Positions 15,740 to 20,000 of a stretch of DNA of 20,000 bases are shown piece by piece. A program made the translations under genes and the position numbers. This DNA comes from an uncultured virus (IMG/VR IMGVR_UViG_3300050514_000222) (taxonomy: Duplodnaviria > Heunggongvirae > Uroviricota > Caudoviricetes): IMG/VR virus record IMGVR_UViG_3300050514_000222; one strand, 5' to 3'. The first letter of the stretch is position 1, and each line of letters begins with the position of its first letter. Below the pieces are notes generated by a model, which searched no databases, was not told the DNA's origin, and saw only the letters and a program-made list of their open reading frames with translations.

Positions 15740-16638
15740 CTGCCCTCCTCCTCCTCGATCCATCTCCACAGCTCCAACACCGCCAGGAACACCTTGAACA
15801 GCTTCTTCTGGTCCGCGGCCGCGATCACCCGGACCTGGAACTCGGACGGTTTCCCGGTCTTCGGCAGCCGGACGATGCACCCGCCGGTGTCATCCGGCGT
15901 GGCGTGTCCCATCTCCACCAGCGCGTGCACGAGCGCCGCGTTCTGGAGGAGCGACTCGGCGTAGATCCCCTTGCCGGTCTTGTAGTCACCCACCGCGAAG
16001 ATCCGCGACCGGCCGGTCCCCTTGCAGACCACGCACTCCACGGCGCCGGTCACGTGGTTGTCCGTCATGCCGATCCCCTCGCAGTACCGACAGACCGCGA
16101 AGTTCGGCTCGTCGAGCTCGCCGGCCCAGTCCAGCGTGCCGGCGTACGCGTACCGTTTGGAGTAGACCACCTGCTCGACGAGGACCGGCGCCAGGTTCGC
16201 CCGCTGGCGCCACTCCTCGTACGCGGCGAACGACCGCATCCCGTCCGGATCCACCTTCGGTTCCGGCCCGACCTTCTGGAGGAGCTCGCGCCGCATGTTC
16301 CACTCGATCAGCGCGTGCACGGCAGTGCCGGTGTCGCCGGCTTTCCGCAACGCTTTGGCGTGCGCCTGCTCCTTACCGATCCGCCGGGCCAGCGTCTCCT
16401 CGTAGACCTGACGCATCATCTTCGGCGCAGCGATCGGCAGGTCCTCGTACAGGTCCGCGGCCGCCTTGACGAGCATGTCACGCTCGAGCCGCGCCGCCCA
16501 GTTGACGAGCGCCGGCTTGGCGATGACCTTGAGGATGGTGGTGACGGACGGGTAGAGCTTCCCGTCTATGTCGTAGAACCGCGAGGTCCGTCCGAACCCG
16601 TCGTCCCGGTGGACGCGTGACTCGACGCCGACGGTCAT
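15736..16638 (-). CDS. PD-(D/E)XK phage exonuclease with DnaJ-type Zn-finger insertion
   Basis: ATG 16638 (GGAGG RBS, ATGA overlap). Motifs YPSVTTIL, GTAVHALIE, VEQVV...YAGTLD, GDYKTG, Q.AA. Confidence 0.88.
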   Translation of the reverse strand: MTVGVESRVHRDDGFGRTSRFYDIDGKLYPSVTTILKVIAKPALVNWAARLERDMLVKAAADLYEDLPIAAPKMMRQVYEETLARRIGKEQAHAKALRKAGDTGTAVHALIEWNMRRELLQKVGPEPKVDPDGMRSFAAYEEWRQRANLAPVLVEQVVYSKRYAYAGTLDWAGELDEPNFAVCRYCEGIGMTDNHVTGAVECVVCKGTGRSRIFAVGDYKTGKGIYAESLLQNAALVHALVEMGHATPDDTGGCIVRLPKTGKPSEFQVRVIAAADQKKLFKVFLAVLELWRWIEEEEGR

Positions 16639-16895
16639 GGGCGCCTCCGGGATGCGCCGAAGCCGAGCCCCTTGACGCTCATACGTACGGAGGTGGAATC
16701 CGCCGGCACGATACCGATGATCCTCAGATGGCCGAGCGAGATCGTGTCGCCGGCCGCGACTCTGATCTCGGACCTGCCATTCCACGATTCGATGTGCACG
16801 TAGTCGTCAGCCCTACCCTCCATCCTCGCGATCAGGTAGCCGACCGCGAACGCCACGATGAGTACCGCGACGCGCTCTGCGGTCCTCGGATTCAC
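16635..16895 (-). CDS. Small protein with N-terminal TM/signal anchor
   Basis: GTG 16895 overlaps the upstream stop; hydrophobic VAVLIVAFAVGYLIA. Confidence 0.65.
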   Translation of the reverse strand: MNPRTAERVAVLIVAFAVGYLIARMEGRADDYVHIESWNGRSEIRVAAGDTISLGHLRIIGIVPADSTSVRMSVKGLGFGASRRRP

Positions 16896-17155
16896 GCGCG
16901 TCTCCGCTTCTCGGAGAGGACCGCCCCGACACCCTGTTTCCCGGCCCGATCGGCTGCGGCCACCAGATCGCTCCAGGAGAACGACACCCACCGGCCGTCC
17001 GGAAGTCGTACGATCGGCGAGTAGCCGCCCATATTGGCGGACATCTCGAACTCCCGGTCTCCGTCCTTCGCGGTGCCCACGTGCTGACGCAGGAACATGG
17101 TCTCCTGGGGATGGAGGCACACGTCTATGTTCACCGTCCTCATGCAGGGCTTCAT
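16892..17155 (-). CDS. Hypothetical protein
   Basis: ATGA/GTGA coupled at both ends. Confidence 0.7.
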   Translation of the reverse strand: MKPCMRTVNIDVCLHPQETMFLRQHVGTAKDGDREFEMSANMGGYSPIVRLPDGRWVSFSWSDLVAAADRAGKQGVGAVLSEKRRRA

Positions 17156-17322
17156 GACGTCGGATCCCGCCTTTCCTCGAGCGGCACCAGCGCGTCGCGT
17201 TCGCCCTCCTCGAGGAGCTCGTGCGCCGACTCCTTGAGGTAGCCCTCGATGTTCGGATCGTCCTTCCCGTCCTCGATCGCCTGCGCCAGGTCCCGCAGGA
17301 ACTTCCTCTCCCTCACAGTCAC
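17152..17322 (-). CDS. Hypothetical protein (56 aa)
   Basis: GTG 17322 with GGAGG RBS. Confidence 0.65.
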   Translation of the reverse strand: MTVRERKFLRDLAQAIEDGKDDPNIEGYLKESAHELLEEGERDALVPLEERRDPTS

Positions 17323-17338
17323 GCGTCCTCCGATCGTA

Positions 17339-17364
17339 TGGTGGAGCGCGCCGCCGCGCGCCCC
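17339..17364 (-). other. Intergenic hairpin with tRNA-Ala acceptor-stem (microhelix) features
   Basis: Minus strand reads GGGGCGCGC-GGCG-GCGCGCTCC-ACCA: 9-bp stem with a G3-U wobble, A discriminator and CCA. The structure is seen directly; function is unproven. Confidence 0.45.
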
Positions 17365-17407
17365 GTCTTGCGCGTACACCGATCCGGCGGGACCGGTAAC
17401 CGCGTCC

Positions 17408-17929
17408 CTAGAACGGCAGGTCCTCGTCCCCCGCGGCCGCCTCCGTCGGCTGCGCCTGCTGCGGGTTCGACACCCGGTCGCGGTGCCGGACGTAGCCGTC
17501 GGTGACCGTCAGCTTCGTCATGTTCTTCCCGATCGGCACGACCGCCTGGACGTTCGCGTAGACGTCGCCGCCCTCCTTCGCGTTGTGCACGACCTGGACC
17601 TGACCGTTCGCCCCGATCAGCTTCTCCAGGTCGAAGCCCTTGAGCTCCTCGGTGCTGAACTTCCGGCCGCGCCACGCCTCGAGCATCTTCCGGAGGTTCG
17701 CCTTCTCGCTCAGGGAGAGCGTGTAGATCTGCGACACCTCGTACGGCCGGCCGTGCTCCTCGTCGACCACCTCGAGCTGCCAGACGATGCGCGTCTTGGT
17801 GACCATCTTGCCGGCCTCGAACCCGGACTCGGCCTCGTACGGGTCCCACACGTCGCAGCACACCGCCTGGTGAAGCCCTTCCGGCGCCGGCTTGAAGTTC
17901 GACTCCGGTTTCCTCGCGTAAATCGGCAT
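17408..17929 (-). CDS. Phage SSB-like/replication protein (NGO0469-like) with acidic DLPF tail
   Basis: YTLSLSEKANLRKMLEAWRG..F..EE..GFDLEKLIG motif and C-terminal DEDLPF. ATG 17929 with RBS; the frame stays open upstream, so a longer start is possible. Confidence 0.75.
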   Translation of the reverse strand: MPIYARKPESNFKPAPEGLHQAVCCDVWDPYEAESGFEAGKMVTKTRIVWQLEVVDEEHGRPYEVSQIYTLSLSEKANLRKMLEAWRGRKFSTEELKGFDLEKLIGANGQVQVVHNAKEGGDVYANVQAVVPIGKNMTKLTVTDGYVRHRDRVSNPQQAQPTEAAAGDEDLPF

Positions 17930-18039
17930 CTTCCTCGCCTCCTCGCGTTTGACGGGATCCTCGTCCCATATCGCCTTGGTCCACCACGCCCACCACTCAC
18001 GCTTCCTACGGTCGCGTTCCGTCTCCCGGATCGCCCAAC

Positions 18040-18324
18040 TCAGTGCCGCATCTCCCACCGGCGCCGATCCAGATCCTCGGCTTCCGGCAGCGTGAGCGGG
18101 ACGAACCGTCCCTCCACCAACCGCCAGAAGTAGGTCTCGCCGCAGTTCCGGCACTGGCGCATCAGCGCGGAGCCGCCGACCTGCTCCGTGTCCCTGGATC
18201 CGCACCGGCAGGTCGGACCGCCTCCCTTTCCGGTGGTCGGTCCGGGCGCCACGACGCCGACGGGGTCGCCGGCCCGCACGTGGCCGGAACTGACGACGGT
18301 CACGAGCGCCCGGTCCGGCGTCAC
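18040..18324 (-). CDS. Hypothetical Zn-ribbon protein
   Basis: CRCGS...CRNCG; AAGGAG RBS; GTGA overlap. Confidence 0.65.
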   Translation of the reverse strand: MTPDRALVTVVSSGHVRAGDPVGVVAPGPTTGKGGGPTCRCGSRDTEQVGGSALMRQCRNCGETYFWRLVEGRFVPLTLPEAEDLDRRRWEMRH

Positions 18325-18515
18325 GCCAACTCCTTCATCACGCGGGCCACCCGCTCCACGATGGCCACCGACACGAATTGGCTCAGGTTCGTCGGCACCA
18401 TCGACTCCCGGTTCATCCTCTCCACGGCCGCCTTCGCCGCGTCGTACGCCTCGTCGAAGACCGCGATCGTGTGGAACGTACGCGGCTTCTTCTTGGTCGC
18501 CTTCTTCACCTTCAA
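18321..18515 (-). CDS. Putative ribbon-helix-helix DNA-binding protein
   Basis: Basic N-terminus, beta-strand FHTIAV, helix DEAYDAAK..., helix LSQFVSVAI. Start is TTG 18515 or GTG 18509. Confidence 0.6.
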   Translation of the reverse strand: MKVKKATKKKPRTFHTIAVFDEAYDAAKAAVERMNRESMVPTNLSQFVSVAIVERVARVMKELA

Positions 18516-19276
18516 GACGCCTCCCTCCTTCCCGAGTGTTCGCGCCAACAGTCGTTGCACGCGCCCTGCTCCGCCTTCTCCCTGTTGCTCATGGTGCGCC
18601 GGCAGTACGGACAGGCCATGTCGGCGGTCGGGTCCAGTTCGATCTGCCCCGTCTCCGGCACCACCTTCACCACCTGGATCCCGCGCTTCGTGATCGCCTC
18701 GAGCTCCGCCTCGGTCTCCGTACCCTTCCAGATGTACTCGACCGCGGTCGGTCGGAAGGCGTGGAACACGCCGGGCCGGAACTTGGCCTCCTCGCCCATC
18801 TTCTCCTCACGCGGCGCGGCGATCGGCACGATCCCGTCCGGGACCGCCTTCCGGTGCGCGAGCAGCACCCACGTCCCGATCTTGAAGTCCTTCGGGACCG
18901 CCGGGATCCGACGGGACACCCCCATCATGGCCGCCTCCTTGGTGAACTCGGCCGGCGTTCCGTAGTACTTCTCCCCCACCCACAGGAGGCCGGCCCTCCC
19001 GCCGAACCCGAGCCCGTCGAGCTGCGCGAGCGGACAGCGGTCGTAGTGTTCGGCCGGCGCGTGCGGTCCGCGCGGGAGCGCGAGGAGCGCCTTGGGATCG
19101 ATCCACGTCCAGCCGCGCGTCGGCTTGACGCCGGCGTGGCAGGTGGGACAGACCTCGAGGGCGACCGGCAGGGCGGAGCAGGGTTCGGAGAGACCGCCGG
19201 AGACGAGGTAGAGTCCGCCCGGCTTGCGGTAGCCGCAGCCGCGACGGCGTTCGATGCTGGTGCGGATCGGTGTCAT
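18512..19276 (-). CDS. Cys-rich hypothetical phage protein
   Basis: GGAGG RBS; RRGCGYRKPGGLYL N-terminus; CPTC, CPYC and CNDC motifs. Confidence 0.8.
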   Translation of the reverse strand: MTPIRTSIERRRGCGYRKPGGLYLVSGGLSEPCSALPVALEVCPTCHAGVKPTRGWTWIDPKALLALPRGPHAPAEHYDRCPLAQLDGLGFGGRAGLLWVGEKYYGTPAEFTKEAAMMGVSRRIPAVPKDFKIGTWVLLAHRKAVPDGIVPIAAPREEKMGEEAKFRPGVFHAFRPTAVEYIWKGTETEAELEAITKRGIQVVKVVPETGQIELDPTADMACPYCRRTMSNREKAEQGACNDCWREHSGRREAS

Positions 19277-19300
19277 CTTCGTGCCTCCATCGGTGAGGGG

Positions 19301-19330
19301 ATCATCGCGTCGTGAGCATCATCTCGTCAA
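19301..19330 (-). promoter_or_regulatory. Candidate sigma70-type promoter
   Basis: Minus strand TTGACG-N18-GATGAT in one of the few intergenic gaps, upstream of an RBS. Confidence 0.45.
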
Positions 19331-19333
19331 CAA

Positions 19334-19540
19334 CTATCTTGCGGAATCTTTCCGGTCCCGCAACTCGGCGTCGAGCAGGCGTTTCAGCCTGTCGGCTGTG
19401 ATGCCGATGTAACCCGCGGACGTCGCGGCGCCGCCCAGGTCGTCGTTGTCGAGGTGCGTCGCCACGGACTCCGTCGCGTTCCGCGTGACGTCGAGCAGCT
19501 CGTCAGCCTGCGCCCGCTTGGTCGGTTCCATCCTGACCAC
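19334..19540 (-). CDS. Hypothetical protein
   Basis: Helical 68-aa ORF with purine-rich RBS. Confidence 0.6.
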   Translation of the reverse strand: MVRMEPTKRAQADELLDVTRNATESVATHLDNDDLGGAATSAGYIGITADRLKRLLDAELRDRKDSAR

Positions 19541-19742
19541 CTCCCCTCCTCTCCGGCCGCACCACCCGGAAATCGGTCGAGTAGCCGTCCTCCCACTCCT
19601 CGGTGTACGGCTGGAGCTCGGTGCCGTCCTCCAGGACGATCGCCTCCACGGCCATCGACGTGCCGCGGGGCAACCTGTCGTTGTGTTCGCGTCGCTGGCG
19701 GACCGCCACGATCCGCTTGCCGATGACGCCGCGCGTGTTCAC
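19503..19742 (-). CDS. Hypothetical phage protein
   Basis: GTGA overlap; IGKRIVAVR...AIVLEDGT pattern. Confidence 0.7.
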   Translation of the reverse strand: MNTRGVIGKRIVAVRQRREHNDRLPRGTSMAVEAIVLEDGTELQPYTEEWEDGYSTDFRVVRPERRGGGQDGTDQAGAG

Positions 19743-19918
19743 GTCCTGCTCCTCAACGTGGCGACGTACGTCTCAAACGCGACGACGACCTCCGGCTCCA
19801 TGTAGATCCGGTTGCTCGGATCATTCGGTAGGCCGTTCTCGGTCGTGAGCCAGATCCCGTTGCCGTCGAACTGCGCGTACACGCTGTCGCCGAGGTAGGT
19901 CTTACCCGGATCCGGCAT
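19739..19918 (-). CDS. Small hypothetical phage protein (59 aa, not in ORF track)
   Basis: Hand translation MPDPGKTYLGDSVYAQFDGNGIWLTTENGLPNDPSNRIYMEPEVVVAFETYVATLRSRT*; AGGAGG RBS; GTGA overlap. Confidence 0.8.
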   Translation of the reverse strand: MPDPGKTYLGDSVYAQFDGNGIWLTTENGLPNDPSNRIYMEPEVVVAFETYVATLRSRT

Positions 19919-20000
19919 GGTCCGCCTCCTTCCGTCCGAACACCCGCGCGTACTCCGCGGCCGTCCTCACGATCTCCGGCAGCTTGTCGGTGGCCCCGGT
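19902..20000 (-). CDS. 3' end of a gene truncated by the window edge
   Basis: Open frame TGATDKLPEIVRTAAEYARVFGRKEADHAGSG*. Confidence 0.5.
   Translation of the reverse strand, partial: TGATDKLPEIVRTAAEYARVFGRKEADHAGSG

Larger units (their letters stand above)
1..20000. mobile_element. Bacteriophage/prophage genome segment (tail + lysis module convergent with DNA metabolism module)
   Basis: Phage-like gene order and content, dense small hypothetical ORFs with ATGA/GTGA overlaps, no housekeeping operons. No integrase or att site identified in the window. Confidence 0.9.

Noticed and set aside
343..16620. Long alternative-frame or antisense ORFs (e.g. 343-1980, 350-1813, 2563-4404, 7247-8575, 10859-12802, 14328-15626)
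   Set aside because: Arg/Pro/Gly-rich shadow ORFs expected in high-GC coding DNA; they overlap genes with clear motifs and lack recognisable domains.
13917..16638. HerA plus nuclease as a host defence island
   Set aside because: Both genes are translationally coupled within a phage DNA-metabolism operon, and no SIR2 or similar effector is present.
17323..17407. Full tRNA or permuted tmRNA gene
   Set aside because: No D, anticodon or T arm (no GTTCRA), and the arm order is not permuted; only an acceptor-like microhelix is present.

Overview
This window looks like a high-GC phage or prophage segment with two convergent gene blocks. The + strand block (36-6902) is late genes. It has virion/tail proteins (PKD domain, BppU-like domain, tandem CBM4/9-like modules) followed by an atypical lysis/envelope cassette. 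That cassette holds a stand-alone ETR1-type ethylene-binding membrane domain, two single-TM proteins, a TIGR02594-type NlpC/P60-like endolysin, a secreted FN3-like protein, and a holin-like module fused through an internal signal peptide to an 8-stranded outer-membrane beta-barrel. The barrel implies a diderm host. A long hairpin (6901-6977) separates this from the - strand block (6979-20000) of tightly coupled early/middle genes: RtcB RNA ligase, lipoprotein, RuvC-like resolvase, RecD2 helicase, HerA-like ATPase with tandem wHTH, PD-(D/E)XK nuclease, SSB-like protein, RHH regulator and many small hypotheticals. Also notable are an unannotated 43-aa Asp/Glu-rich peptide and an intergenic hairpin identical in form to a tRNA-Ala microhelix (G3-U70, A73, CCA). 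All family calls come from motif recognition by eye; no database searches were run.
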